DNA of 64,000 nt from Marsupella aquatica (GCA_973895155.1 OZ316899.1:11533775-11597774); one strand, 5' to 3'. Numbered from the stretch's first letter, positions 11,175 to 25,756 are shown. Numbers and translations are program-made. The notes: generated by a model from the letters alone, not told the origin.

Positions 11175-14100
11175 TCACTGCAGACTAACACACTCTGATG
11201 GCCAGAGCACAAGAGATCCTACTGCATCTGCAATTATTTCTTGAGGTGGATCATCGTCTCTATTCGGAAATGGCAAATTACAATCAGATACAATCACTGT
11301 AGTCAACAACACTACTACATGGTCATCCGGGACCACTTTGCCATGGAATTTAGCATGATCCGGTCGCAAAATGCCTGTACCCACACATACCTACGAGTCA
11401 TTCTCCCATGATAGAAGATTATGGACTGGCTCTGCTGTGGCTATCACCTCCACCTTACCCTGGCTGTTTTTCTTGGCTTTCCTGGGTGGCTTATACATGA
11501 CATTATTCATACCTTGGTTGCGAGTCATGACTTTGGCACGAGTGTTTTGTGCTGGTGATCGAGAATTGGCTACACTCTTCTTCAAAGAATCTGCATCCAT
11601 ATTTGACACTTCCGATTGTGTAGCAGGATTTCCCTGCGACATCATCTCAGTATCTGCTAACATTGTACTTGCTTCAATTGAAGCATCTACAATCTTACTT
11701 GCATCCAATGTTGCTCCCAAGTTTCGACGTCGCTTCACCCTGCTCCCACTTGGTTGAGAGTCTGTCAACTCTGCATCAACTACAATTCAATGCATTGTCC
11801 AACATAAGTGAATCACTCATCACATGTGCGCCATGTACATGTCACCATCCACAAAGTTGTCACTATCTCCTTACCATTATGAACAGCCTTCTTCCCCTTC
11901 TTTGCCATTGCCATATCCTCCATGTCTGCTTCTGCTGATCAATAAACAGACCACAAGATTCAGGTTCAATCTATTAACCACTGAATTGTTTCTCAACAAT
12001 GGTAGGAGAGGAATTTAAAGCATCAGCTTACCTGATACCTCCTTGGCTATGGTCACTGAGGCACTGGGCACATCTTTTTCATTGCTCTTTGAATCACCTG
12101 ATACATCAATCATGATGTCACTTCAATTCCCAGTTTATCCAACCAATTCTTACAGAAAAGATTACCTCCAACCGGCTTAAGCTTCACAAAACTCCATGCA
12201 CTTTTCAAATGTAATGTACTGGATCATAGCAGGTTACCTGTCTCAGCAACCTTTTTGCCATTCTGCTTACCGATTACAGGGTCCAGGTTCTCTGCCTCCA
12301 CTCTTCCTGCATTCAAACCATTCACTCAATTCATGAAAACTTACTTCTAACATTTGAACATAGGACACAATGAACAATGGGCCTCTCTTGTTTCAAAATC
12401 CTCATTGCATACCTGTGTCAGATTTGCCAATTCCCTTTTTTGTTAACAAGGGCACACTTTGTACAATGTTGCCCTCATTGTTTGGTTGGGAACCACCCAA
12501 TTTTTCAATCACAAGCTTGAAATTAGATTCCACTGATGCAAGAAGGTTCGCTACAGATGCCTCCACAATATCCAAACGATCAGCCAATTTACTTTCCACT
12601 CGAGGGAGTCCACACTCTAATGACTTCAACCGTTCAGACATCTTTGTGAGAGTTGTAACAGTTCCCTGTCATAACACAGTTTACATATCTCAGATAATTG
12701 TCCCCAAGAACTGGTTGCTTACTTCCTACTACAATTCTTTCTGATGCTCAAGGCCAAATAGTCACAGAACATATAGAATTACAACATAATCACCTGTTTG
12801 GAAGTCACACTTGTCACCTCACTCCTTTGTTTCATGAACTCCTCTCTCACTTCTTGTGCTGATGGTTCTTCACCTGTCAATTTCTTCTGCAGTCCACATC
12901 AACATACATATGAATGAAACCAAGTGTTGATTGTCAATGAAAATGTAATAATGGTAGCAAGATGATAAGTTTGAGGCTTACTATCAGGCATGTCACTGCC
13001 TTACCAATTGTTCTTTCACTGGAGCATAACTTCCTCTCCCAGCCTGTGAAAGGTGTTTCACTTTGCCTCGAGCATTTGACATCAGTTCACTCTTGCTCTG
13101 TCCAGCCTCCGACATGAACCCTTTGATTAACCGTGTCCATTGATCCAGTTCCAATGATGGGGGTGGTGGCATTCTCCTGTTAGAACCATTGTCTATCCAC
13201 ATCCTTTTCAACCTATGCCTCTCTTGTTTCAAAATCCTCATTGCATAATCTGATATGCAATCTTCAACTGGGCCCTTACCATCATTACCAACATAGTCCC
13301 ACCGTTCAAGAATGTCCTTGCAGATAGCAGCCCAATCAGCTTTGTTCTGACTCCTAAACTCTGTAATGCTCAAATCTAACCAACGCAATACTTCTCCTCT
13401 TAGGTCAGAATGCCAACGGTTCTTACCATCACATGTGGGAGTTATCCAACCTTCGGAATTCACTTCTACTTTACCAAATTTGTTACTGTCTCCTGCCTTG
13501 GTACTCCCTGAAGCGCTACTAGGTGTCCCTCCACGGCCTGGTGTCCCCCCACGGCCTGGGGTCCCTCCACGGCCTGATCTCCCCCCACGGCCTGGATTGC
13601 ATTGTCCAAACCTCCCTGGAGTCCCTGCACATTTACAGGATCCATTTACAGTCACTTACATTAGGTAAGTATGAATCATAAATCCTGCTGCCAAATATAC
13701 ACTGGACTTCAGAGCAATTCTGCAATGACCAAGTTACCTCTCCCTTGGCGCATAGATGGTTCTGGACCACCTGTCCTATTGCTTTGTCTTGATGAATTAG
13801 GGCCGTTTCTCCCGCCTGTGAATGATTGCCGCCTATCTGAACGTGGATGGCCTTTGTTGTTTTCGTGATTGTCCCAATCAGAGTCTGCATACCAACAGGT
13901 ACATGCCACACTCATGGACCTGTAAGATAAACTCTTTGCCCTAGCTACACATCAGATAAGTCCATATTGAGCTAAATCTCTACTACCATCACAAAATCAC
14001 TAGCACAAGGCACTTACTTGTCCAATCATCCTCCTCACCTGTCCATTGCCCTCTGTACCCGTCTCTACCACGCTCTGGGTGTTCATATTCATCCCATCCA

Positions 14101-14360
14101 TCTTCTGCTCCATCATAGTCATCATCATAATTATCAGGCGTCCCTTGCCAATAACTCTGGCTCCTTCTAGGGTATGGATTATGTGATTTCTCTCTAGCTG
14201 CCCACCTACCTGGGACTTGATGAGGGCCCTGTGCATCCTGCACAGGTGCATTTTTCTGTGAGCCCCCTGCATCTGGGTCTCCATCCATATCCAATCTTTC
14301 CTCTTCACCCCACTCTCCAAGCCCCATGTCTGTCTCCATGTCATCACCCTCTTCCCCCAT
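11175..14360 (-). CDS. TnpA/Tnp1-like second gene of CACTA1, multi-exon; boundaries uncertain
   Basis: Lies downstream of the transposase. The blocks KNRWHSDLRGEVLRWLD and LPFPNRDDDPPQ...GSLVLWP recur in CACTA2. Confidence 0.55.
13520..13600 (-). repeat. 18-bp tandem repeat (about 4 copies) encoding GRGGTP
   Basis: CCACGGCCTG(G/A) units at an 18-bp period. Confidence 0.8.
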
Positions 14361-14537
14361 AGCTTCTGCACAGCACCCACAACCAAACAGGGAGAATCAG
14401 CACACTAAATTCAAAGTATCAATCAATTTCATGCATATCCAACTATCCTAAACATCATTCCAGGCAGCAATTCCCGTTCTGTGACTCTGTGCAGGTAGTC
14501 ATCCTCAACCTCATACTTGCCAATCGCCAGCTGTTGC

Positions 14538-17500
14538 CTATTGCAAATCATCAACCTCATCATATTCCATTTGCCCAGGTTCATCATATGTCTCTCTCAA
14601 TGTTAAGGGGATGTAGTCAGTCCCTGCCCGAGTTGGAAGTACAGTCTCATGACTAGGATGCTCGAATGCAGCATGGTCATCCAAACTGAACTCTACTTTA
14701 CTTCCATCCATCCGCCTGTTCCGTGCTTGGCTATGGCATACCACCCTCCAGCCATGTGACTCCTCCACATCTGCAAAGAAAGCCTGTTCAACTTGGCTAG
14801 GGAAAACAAAAGGCTCAGACCATTCTGGTACTCTGGACCTAAAATTGGCCAACAAGAACCCATCATGATCACGCTTCATGGTGGCCCTTGGTCTCTGCCA
14901 CTCTGATTTCACCCATGATCCCTTCATCAATATCACTGGGACACTTGTGTTACCATAATTCAACACCCAAATGTCGGTCAACTCCCCCACGTAACCCATC
15001 TTCATCCACCCCCTCTGTTCTTCAGAGGTTCTCTGCTCAAACACAGAAATCAAACCACAATCATATGATACACAATGGTCACCCTGCTCATCCCTCACTC
15101 GATAATGATTTCCATAAGCTCTCATCCGTTTGTAGGTCAGAATAGACAATCGTGGTGGCACAGATAGAAGATACAAATCCTTCTCCATATCTGGGTGATG
15201 TCTACTATGCTCTCGAATTGTCACCCGAATCCACTGCTCGAACTGTGGGAAGGGATCCTGCTGCCCAGAGTGTGCAGCTTTTTGCATATCATATTCCCTG
15301 CAATATGAGGTACAGGCATAGTTAGGTCTAAACAACACATGACAACCTAAGATCACCCTTGGAACAGACAAGAAGCATCACAACAAAGGCAAGTCAATTC
15401 AATCACTCACCTCCACCATGGTTGCATAGGCTCTGTGTTTGCCAGCACATATGAATGAGCCTTGTCTCGAATCGCAACAGGCAGCTGAACAGCACGTCCC
15501 ACACCTTCAACAACCTCGCCACTCACTCCATCATCTTCACCAGATTTCCAAACTCTTGTCATAGCTTCACGAGACCCAGCCATGTACTCTGTTAGGAATC
15601 CCAACGTCTCATCCTTAATGTACCCCAATGCCATGGAAGCCTCTGGCCTGTAGTATGTTCTCACATGACCTTTCAACAACTTCATGTATCGCTCCATAGG
15701 GTACATCCATCTGGTACTGACTGGCCCATACTGCCCTAGCTCTTCTACCACATGGATTAGGAGATGAGTCATAACATCAAAGAAAGCAGGGGGGAAGTAT
15801 ATCTCCAAGTCACAGAGGACATAAGCAGCATCCTACTTCAACTGCTCCAATCCTTGGGGATCCCACACTTTCACACATATACGGCGAAATACATTGCACA
15901 GTCGAAGAATGACATTACGGACTGGTTTCTGCATGAGACCTCTGAGGCATAGGGGCAGAATGTGCTGCATCAACACATGGTAGTCATGTGTTTTCATACT
16001 GCCAAGTTTATTCTTTGTAATATGCTTCTTGAAGGCACCAGCATAGCCAGAGGGCACTTTCAGACAGCTCAATCTATACAAGAATGTCTTCCATTCATCC
16101 TGTGTGCACACATAGGGAGCTTGGAACTTGAGAAGTACATTGGGATTGCTTGCATGGGGCTTCAACCAAAGGTGAGGGCGAATCCCCTTCTGTTGCATAT
16201 CAGCTCGAACTGCTCCTGTATCTTTCTCACCCGACAAGAACTTCAGCAAGCTCTCACAAATATTTTTCTCAATGTGCATGACGTCCACATTGTGTTTGCT
16301 GGGCTCGAATTCCTGCACTCCACAAAGCAAAGAATTCAACAACAGAAACACTAATTAACCACATAGGAGGATTGTAACCAACATCAATCCACCATTGCTC
16401 CAATCTAAAATTGCAATCATACAGGGGCTGGAGGCTAAGTACATTACCCTCCAGTACTCCAACTCCAAGTCCATCAAGGTCTGTCTTTTCACACCGTGTT
16501 TCACCACTGGATCCTCAGGTTCTCGATCAGTGGCACTTCTCTTGTCCCAATCAGCCTTCCTGGCTGCCCACCTCAGGACTTGCTCTCTGGTGACCCTCTG
16601 TGGTGGGCCACGAAGCTCTGTTTTGTTGTTGAAGTGTGCAATTTGAGACCGTGTGTGCCTGTAAGGATGATCAACAGGCAGATACCTTCTATGCCCCTGA
16701 AATTTCATACTGTGCAGGGCATGCGACCACTCACTTGTCACATTTTTCCCACATGGTGTGCACCCCACATAGCCCTTTGTCACTCGTCCAGATATGATGC
16801 CATGGCCTGGGTAATCTGCTATATCCAGCAAACAAATTGCATGCAGTCTAAAGGGGCTGGGTCGAAGAAGCCCCTTCAGAACATCATGGGTTAACACCCC
16901 TTCTATCCACAAAGTCTTCCACTCTTCCACTGCTGGAGCCAACATGATATCTATGAATTGCTCGGTCACAGAAGCTGGTCCAGGGATTAACAGCACCATC
17001 ATGACAAAAAACCTCTTTGTAGTCATCCATGGGGGAAGGTTGTAATTTAGCAGCGTAACCGGCCAACATGAATAACGGTTGTTTTTGTCTCCAAATGGGT
17101 TTACTCCATCCAGTGATAGACCAAATCGAAAGTTCCGCTTCTCTGCAGCAAACTGTGGCCACCTCTCATCAACAAATTTCCAATGGTTGGAATCTCCAAT
17201 GTGACGCTGCAGGCCATCACTGCTCTTGTTATCAGGAGTCCATGTCATCAGCTTGGAAATGGCAGGGCATCTAAACAGACGTTGTAGTCTAGGAATGAGA
17301 GGAAAATGACGAAGAACCTTGGCAGGGTGTGTACATTTCCCTACATTCTTGTACCTGTGCTTACCACAATGAGGGCATGTCAATTTATCTGCATGCTCTT
17401 TGCGAAAGAGAACACACCCATCAGGGCATGCGTCAATAGACACATAGTTCAGCCCAAGGTTAGACATCAATTTCCTAGCCTCGTACATATTTTTTGGAAT

Positions 17501-18250
17501 TGAATTACCATCTGGTAACACATTTCGGCGCAGGAAGGTCAACAACTCTGTCACAAATATATTGGGAACATTGTGATTGCCACAGATGTTCAACAACAAC
17601 ACGACAAAACCCAGCTTGGAGCAGTTCGACCCCTCGTAGATAGGAATGCAAGCTTCTTTGATGTGTTTTGGGCCCCCAAACACCCACTCCCTCTCTGCTG
17701 CACCTTCCCCAATGTCAAAGTCAGGTTCAGCTTGGCCGTCGCCAATGTGTGGCTGCGGTTCATTGTCCTCTTCTGATTCCACTGTGTCGTAAAAAGCATC
17801 AAGGTCTTCAAAAATCTCTTGAACCATTCTTGGGACATCCATCCCACCGTCCTCAGTGACTGCCTCTGCATCTCCATCTTGGTCATCCACGTTCTCATGT
17901 TGGACCCCAGGACCATCCTCTGCACAGTCTATGTCCTGCTCTACGTAGTCTCTACGCCTAGCTGTATTAGAATCCACAAAGTCAGCTCTCCACTCTTCAT
18001 CAGAGGAGTCTTCTTCTGCTGGTACATTCCAAACCCTCCACCGAGGGTGCCTTTCATGCCGCAGCAGGTGAAGGTGCACAGTGTTCAAACTCAATGACTT
18101 GAATCCTTGGCACTGTGTGCATGGGCATCTCATCCTCCTACTCCTACCTTGGGCGGCCCGGGCTTGTTCACGCATCCACAATTTAGAATCATGATGCCTA
18201 ATCCTAAATGGGTTGTGAAGAGGCAACCTTGGAGCCATCACTATACACAC
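14538..18250 (-). CDS. TnpD/Tnp2-type CACTA transposase, spliced (approximate exons 18250-16450, 16310-15840, 15810-15410, 15300-14538)
   Basis: Motifs MRCPCTQC, IDACPDGCVLF, LDGVNPF, YNLPPW, DYPG...GCTPC, DVMHIEKN, MKTHDYH, RWMYPMERYM and EPFVFPSQVEQAFF. Exon limits are approximate. Confidence 0.88.
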
Positions 18251-21200
18251 GCACTCAGCACCCTGTCATTTTATTATGCAAGTGAAAAATACACTTCCTG
18301 TTAAGGATTTCACCCCCGACTGTACTTGCCAAAATACGTAACGTTCCAAAAAAACAAAAAAACAAAAAATATAGGTGCCTGAGTCATGTACCTATTCTCA
18401 AGTGAATGAGACAAAATTCCTAAATGTTTGAGGGTGTCAACTCCTCCGCTGTCCTCACATGTACTGCCTCTGCACGTACATCCATGACCATATCAGAGTC
18501 CAATCATGTATAGTCATAGACACAGGTGCCAGGTGCGAGACCGGTGTGAGATGTCCTCATCTTACTACCACATCAAATACGGATACCAATCTTGTTGTCG
18601 ATGCCACTCAGCCCTGAGGTACTCAGGCATGTACATTAAGTCATCAAGGTCTAAACCCTGCTCATGCCATGGTGGTCTTCGATCCGTGCCTACAAGCAGT
18701 GGCAGCAGTGCCCTCCATGGTGCACATGTTGCTACCAAGTCCCTCCACTGGGTACTAATTAGTCTATATTTGCAGATATCTTGTGCGCCAGACACCACAA
18801 GAACCCTGACTTACATGCAATCGATACAATCTGCTTCTGTTGGCTGTCCTACAGCTCATGGCAGTGCCGTTGGGATAGGGTAAGTGAATATTGCCATAGC
18901 TGAAGCACATTGAGCTTGCAGCAAGAAGTGAAGGAGCATGGCCAAAAGCAGAAAAGACAGACAGGTTTTACAAGAAGAAACTAACAACCGCCAATCTGCT
19001 CAAATCCGCTGCATAGATCAAACCCTCCAAACTACACAGCCCTCCTTTGAAAACAATCCAATGTGCTTTGGCTGGTGGATGACAAGGACTGGGAGAAGAG
19101 GAAACGTCTGCACAATCAATCCAAATGACGGGACACAGAGACCAGGCACAGAGAGGATTTGTGCTTAGACAAAAACCACAAATTGTAGCATGGGCGCCAT
19201 AGCATTCTAGACAAAGCACAAAACATAGAATCTATGAATCTATGACTCATGGACTAACAAAATGATTGGGTAGCATGGCAAAAGGAAAGACAAATTTCAA
19301 AATGACAACATGGCCCGTTTCCGCCATTCATTTGACGTTGCTAGGTGTCCGTAAGATGACTGACCCACAGACAATCCCGACAACCTCATCTGACAGACTG
19401 CTTTTCTAGTGTGAAGAAATACATGATTACAAGCAACACCATGCCTCATCCAAGCAGGGAATTGAAAACATAACCATGTCATTCCTGTATTGGACAGTGT
19501 CCTCTGCCATTGCACTGCATAGTTGTTATTCCATGTTGGTTGTCAACAGTTTGTTGGCTTGCCACAGCCTAGATAGAACAATAAAATACTGTATATGAAT
19601 ACAACAAGAAAAATCTGCATACAGCGATGGCCTGGTCACTTGAGGAAAAAACAAAACTAAGAAGGCAGGCACACGGGCAACCGAGAAAAAAAGCTAGTGG
19701 CGCCTCGCGGAGAATCCAGAATGGTAATGCCCTTGCCCAGAAGCTTGGGAAACAAAAGAGAAAAAAACAAAAACGAGCTACCGACCACCGTCTTGACCAG
19801 GCCCGACATCCAAGGTATGGCTGGAGGCTGTGGTCCCCCCTTAGTAAAGAAAAGGATGCAAGTCAGAGCACGGGGCACAAGGCATGTTTGGATCCAGGGA
19901 GGAGCAAAACAGTAATGTCAAGCAAGAAGTGTGGAGAGACCAAATTCAGTAAACAAAAATAGGGGAGAACAAACATACATCAGCAGCAGCAGGAAACGAG
20001 AAAGTTGATTTGGGAGGGATTGTAGGGAGAGAGCTTTCGGTGGGCTCGGCTATGCGTGAAATATCGGGAGATAGATGTGCGAGAGAGTGAAGAGGGTGGC
20101 AAGCGGAAGACAGGTTGGGACTGGTCCCTTGGTGCCGGGGGGTAATATATGGGGTTTCAATGAACAATGGGCCAGTTTGAGGAGGATTAAGTAGCACACA
20201 CCCCACGTTCTTGGGTGGTGGTTGGGTGGGGTTTTGTTTGATTGAAGAAGAAATCACCATTATCTTCTGGAAGAAAGAAAATCGCAGGAAACAGTGGACG
20301 GGAGAACAAGGCATGTAATAGAGTACTCGCGGTTACTCTAACGGTGCACGAACACTCACCTCTGTCTTCCGCTTTGTCAATGTGGCCGATAAATCCCAGA
20401 GCGCTGCCAAGCTTGGTCGTTGCTCGATGGTTGAAAGTGCGCAGCTCAGGTCCCTAGCTGAATGTTCAACTCAATGTGGGATGCGGCATCTCCTCTTGGT
20501 TGACAACGCGCAATAGCGCTTGATGGTTGACAGTGCGCAGCTCAGCTTCGAGTTCCAACGTTACGATGCACAACGTTACGAACACACAACAATGGGAGTA
20601 GGCGGCGACAGGAATATCAGCTCTGAAGTGCAACCTTCACAGCTCACGCACATTCCAAGACTGTAAAAAAAGTCCGGTTCATGTTGTTACCGATTCTCAC
20701 ACCACATAAAGTCCACAATCCATAAAACACCCGTAGGGCGCCCGTAGAATAGATGCAACCCGCATGCAGCTTCACCAGCTGCAAATGGTAAGCAACAATA
20801 GAGGTAGTGGCAAGCAGAGAAAATAGAGAAGGCCAAGCATAGGCGACTTCAACTCTAACCTCCTTGCTTGACCCAGGCCTGAATGTCAGTCCACAGTGAC
20901 CTCCAATCTGTTCGATCCCTTCCGCAAGCAGCCGAGCGGCAGACGACAATGTAGGGATCAAGAACCAAGTGCCAGGCGGACATTGCACAAAATGAGGAAC
21001 GGGGGCATAGACAAAATCTACCGAAATGTACCGAAATCTACTCCCTGGGGTCCAGCCCACGGATGGACATCATGCAAGGTGGTCAAAAATGGTAAGTGCA
21101 ATCATTGGAGAGTTGTAGTCGCGATTACTAACGGTGCATCCACAAAATGCGTCGTCAAGTTGTCGGTGCGGCCGCAACAATTTTGACAGTCTCAGGATCA

Positions 21201-23098
21201 CAGGTCCACAAACAAGTTGCAAATGAAGACACGCAACGTCCAGGAGGGAAAGTCCGCAACACTAACCCTTTGTAAAGCCCCCGAGCTTACCTTCTAGCTG
21301 CCGACGCAAAGAGAAAACCTACTTGGACACTGAAGCAACCCTAAACTCAGAGTCTCACCTTAGCGCAACATCTCCTGGATTGGATTCAGCTAGCGTTGGC
21401 CCACTCTAAGCTCCCGCGCCGCTCCTTGTTGCTTCACCGTGTCCTCCCCAATGCCTCCTTTGGAGTCGCATGTAGTCTGCAGCTCACGACTCACGAACGT
21501 TAGGCCCACAACCTTGCACAAGACACAAACGGCATTCACTATGTTCACCCAATGCCTCTGCACAGGTGCTATATTCGGGTCGATCCTGCATTCAGCGATG
21601 GCGGTAAAAGGTAAGGGGCAATCTTCAATCGTCACAAGACAGCGCTACACATTCAACCAGCACAGGGAGTAGACGCTAGCAGCTTTGCATTTGAACGCTT
21701 GGCAGATCAATGCACTTACAACAGGAGGATGCAACTGCTCACAGCTCGCGTGAGGTGCTCGGGATGGCAAGAGTGTATACACTTAGAGCAGCATGACGCT
21801 TGGACTGATCGAGAAAGCTCATTGTCAATGAAAAACCCTTTGGCAAAACCCCGAACACCCAAGACCCCACCACCTTGTTTCGACCACTAAGTCACGAAGA
21901 ATTCTCCCGCGCCTTGCCCATGTAGTTTAGTCCGGCCCAAAAGTTAAGCGTAAACCCTTAAACAGAATTAGGGGAAGGAATTTACAAAGCCCTAACCGTT
22001 GGGGTGAGCCGTTGAGCACAGAAGCATATGTTCTGTAAACACTAGTGGACTCCAACAAGGCAAAAATGGCCTGGCAAATTACCCTAAGAAGGCAATGAAT
22101 GGTCATATTTGCACATACATGGTCGGCACATAGTGGCATTCTATTGTGCCATAATCAGGATTAAGGTTGCCCAACATTAAATCCAGTCCTAAAATGCAAT
22201 ATTCCTAATTTGCTATGATGACCAAAGCACTTACAGTCACCCTAACCCAAGACTTAGTGCAAGCAGTCATGTAAGCTCGTTTCCGTTGAGGTGACCCGTT
22301 GAGCATAATAAGTACGTCCGCGCCAGAGTGTTAGGCAACAAAAGACACAAAACTAACACGGGTTAAGGATAACTTTAAATAAAATCCTTTGGTGACAAAG
22401 TCATGGCCACTTAATTAGTTGTGCCCCACCCTAACCCTCCCCCCCCCCCCCCCCCCCCTTGTGGAATTAATCTTGGATCAAAAGGCACCATCATTTAGAC
22501 TAAAATCAATCACGGGCTAGACTGTTCATTGTGCCAATTAGTGGCCATGACCCTATTAAAATGACACTAGTTGGCAATGCGGAATATATCATGGTGTGGG
22601 AGTTGTACCTAGCTAGGGTTATAGTGATGCATTAGTTCCGGTTCCGGTTAGAAACCACCCTAAGCCCTCCAGTACAGTTGTACCCTAAGTTATGAAAAGT
22701 ACCCGTTACATGGATATTTACGGTGCAATGTTAGTTAAGGTTGGTGATATATACAAGGCATGTCCTTAAGCACTTAGGCCAAAAAGTAGCATGTCACCGG
22801 TCCTTCTTAAGTATACTCTTATCATGAACCCTTGTAAGACTTTGTATTATACTAGTCTTTGTGTGGACCTTTAGAGTGATTCCAAGAACAAAACCCATGA
22901 TGTCCTAGAGTGTTCACCCTTCACAAAGTAGCAAGGTTACTTTTCATAGTCTTTAACTAAACCGGAAAACACTCAAAGTCTTTTATAGTCTTTAACAAAA
23001 CCTTGGCAATGGATGCGAGTCATTTAAAGTATGGAAGAAGGACTTAGTGGGCTTAGTCCTATAAGGTATGGTCTAAATTACCCCGATTTCTACTAGTG

Positions 23099-24950
23099 AT
23101 GATATCTAGCCATACTGCTAGCTTACCTTTGTCAATCTCAATGCCCTTCCTTGATACCTTGTGAACTAGTAGCACCCCCTCGGTTACTGCAAAGAAACAT
23201 TTATCTGGGTGTAACTTGAGACCCACCTCTCTACATCTCATGAAGGTTTTCCTGAGGTATTTAGCATGTTTCAATGCCTTCCCGAATACTGCAAAGTCAT
23301 CAATGAAGATTTCCATGAACTTTCTCAAGTAATCATGAAAAATGTTCACCATTAATCGTTGAAACATAGCTGGTGCGTTGCAGAGTCCAAACGGCATACG
23401 ATTGAAGACATAGATCCCCCATTCCGTGATGAAGGCCGTCTTGATTTGGTCTTCCTGCCGAATCCTGATTTGGTTATAACCAGAGTATCCATCCATGAAT
23501 CAATATAGTTCATGACTGGCTACCATGTCTAGTACCATATCAGTAAACGGTAAAGGAAAATGGTCTTTTAATGTTGCTTCATTCAGCTTCCTGTAATCCT
23601 GACAAACCCGGATCTTGGGTTTACCATCGGGTCCAGCTTTCTTGGGAACTATCACAATTGGAGACACCCAGTCTGAATGCAGGATTGGAGTGATGAATCC
23701 AGCTTCCACTAGTTTGTCGATTTCTGTTTTGACCAGCAGGGAATACTTTGGGTTCATCCTTCGAATTGGTTGTCGAAATGATTTGGCTCCTAACATGAGA
23801 TCAATTCGATGTTCCCCTAGTGTTGGATCTACTCCCTTTAGATCTTGGTGACTCCATGCAAACACATCCTGAAATTCAATCAATAAGTCACTGATCTCTT
23901 TCTCGAGCTCAGGTGCTAGGTTTCTCCCTAAGTTCAGTTCTCTTCCCTCTCCTAAGTCGAGCTTCCGATATTGCCGTGCTTGGATCATATTAATCTGCTT
24001 CTTCAAATTCGGGTCCAGTTCGGCTTCCAGTCTCTCCAATCTCATACCTCCATAAACTGGAATCTCGGCTGGACTAGCCGAGTCGGTCGCTTCCTTGGTG
24101 TCCATAGATTGTCCCCTTGCCGTATTCGGTTTTGAATTGGTGGTCGGCTCCCCTTCCTGCCTTGGCTCTGGATTGTGTCTGTCCATCTCATCCACCTCTT
24201 GCTCCTGAGAGTCAGGCCGCTGTGCTCTCTCGGCTTCTAATAGGGCCTCAATTTGTTCTGCCCTCGTAATCGGCTTGTATGCCGATCCCTTGGTATTTAA
24301 TTCCTTGCCGATGATCGATGGCGTTGTGAACCCTGCCGGCTCTGCCACAACGCCTGCAGAAAATCCACTGTCCCTGCTACTGCTCCCCACTTAGCCGTTT
24401 CATCCAATTGGTCTACATCCTTTACTTCCTCCGGAATTGCAGCTAAAAAGGTGGATTCTATTGTAAAGCAGTCCTCGACCTCTTCGTCTTCTTCTTCCAA
24501 GTCACCTTCCATTGGTTCTTGCCATAATCCGCTGGGGGGTACCTCTGGTCCAAAGACACTTTCTTCGGTTAGGTCAGTGAGGCATTCTAACCAACGTACT
24601 TCATCGGCTGACTCCAGTCCACTGTCGTACCCATCTACTTCCCTTATGCTTTTCCTACGGTCATCCTTAGTGTCCCAGGATACCGTGATAGAGGGGGTCC
24701 CAAAAGTGAACTGCTTTTTACCCCAATCTTCTATTACCTCGGCTAGGTACAGCCATGGCCTACCAATCAATAGCCGGAATGACGTAGGATTTACCGGCTT
24801 CATTACTACATAGTTAATGCTAAAGAAGATACCTCCTATCTCTGTCTTGATGCCGGTTAACACTCCCGTGGGAATGACCTGATATCCATTGGCCATGTTC
24901 AACACTCTTCCAGTCATCTCCGGTGTTAGACCCCACCCTTTTGCTGTTGA
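23099..24950 (-). pseudogene. pol: Protease C-terminal half and reverse transcriptase of element A
   Basis: Motifs LLIGRPWL, SDWVSPIVIVPKK, CQDYRKLN, MPFGLCNAPAMFQR and FIDDF. Frameshift near 24390 and a stop at 23500. Confidence 0.92.
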
Positions 24951-25711
24951 ATCTCAGACTTAAGCTGTTTCTTCCGGCTTGTGATATCTGCATTAATGTA
25001 TAATTGAATATCCTTAATTGCTTCGGCTAAAGTCTCCGGGTTCTCCTTCCTAATTGCAAAACTCATCTTCTGTGGCAAAGCATTCACCAACCATTGAAGT
25101 TGCATACCTTCAGATGCATTGGTCTTTGTACGTCTTACCAGTTTCTGAAAGCGTTGCAAGAACTTCCTGAAGGATTTGTTCTCCTTGAACCGAAGTCGTC
25201 CCAACTTCAGCACTGCTAGTTCTGAAGTTCCAATTGGTCGAAACTCCTTAACAAAGAGTGTTTTGAAGATATCCCAGATGGCTTGATCTTCCACATCTAA
25301 TGCTCTGTACCAAGGCCTAGCCTCACCCTTGAACAGGCCGGGAAGAATCTGCATCTTGATGGCCGATTCTCCATTTGCTGCAGCGGTTCCCTCGAAATCA
25401 TCCAACCATTCGTCCGGATCCTCATCTCCTCTCCCATGAAATGCCTTGTAATGTATGCGCGACCGCTGGCTCAATCTGGTCCCTGGCTTCTCGTCTGGCC
25501 GTGCCTCTGGTTCCCCCATGTCGGTTGGAGACTCACTTCTCCTTACCGACTCTTCTTTTGGTATGTCTTCTTCGACGCCACTTCCAGTTTCGGAGCTACC
25601 AGCTCTTTCTACCCCTCTCAGTCGCTGTGTATCATGCCACCCGGCGAGCTGCTGCAGTCGAGCTCTCTCCCGTTGAATCACTCTTTCTTCCCTCGGCGTA
25701 AGGTCAGTCAT
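24926..25711 (-). pseudogene. gag: gag of element A, lacking its C-terminal part
   Basis: FHGRGDEDPDEWLDDFE...GEARPWY matches the gag of element C. Zinc knuckles and the protease DGG motif are absent. Confidence 0.88.
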
Positions 25712-25756
25712 TACCTACGCTTCCGTTCTAACTTCATATCTCACGGCTTAAGAAAT

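Larger units (their letters stand above)
10275..23098 (-). mobile_element. CACTA (En/Spm) DNA transposon 1, apparently complete (12.8 kb)
   Basis: TIRs CACTAGTAGAAACCGGGGGTATTTAGACC and CACTAGTAGAAATCGGGGTAATTTAGACC; 3-bp TSD ATG at 10272-10274 and 23099-23101; GACT/AGTC subterminal repeats; Tnp2 transposase inside. Confidence 0.95.

Noticed and set aside
22439-22458. Poly-C tract
   Set aside because: A simple homopolymer with no supporting structure.
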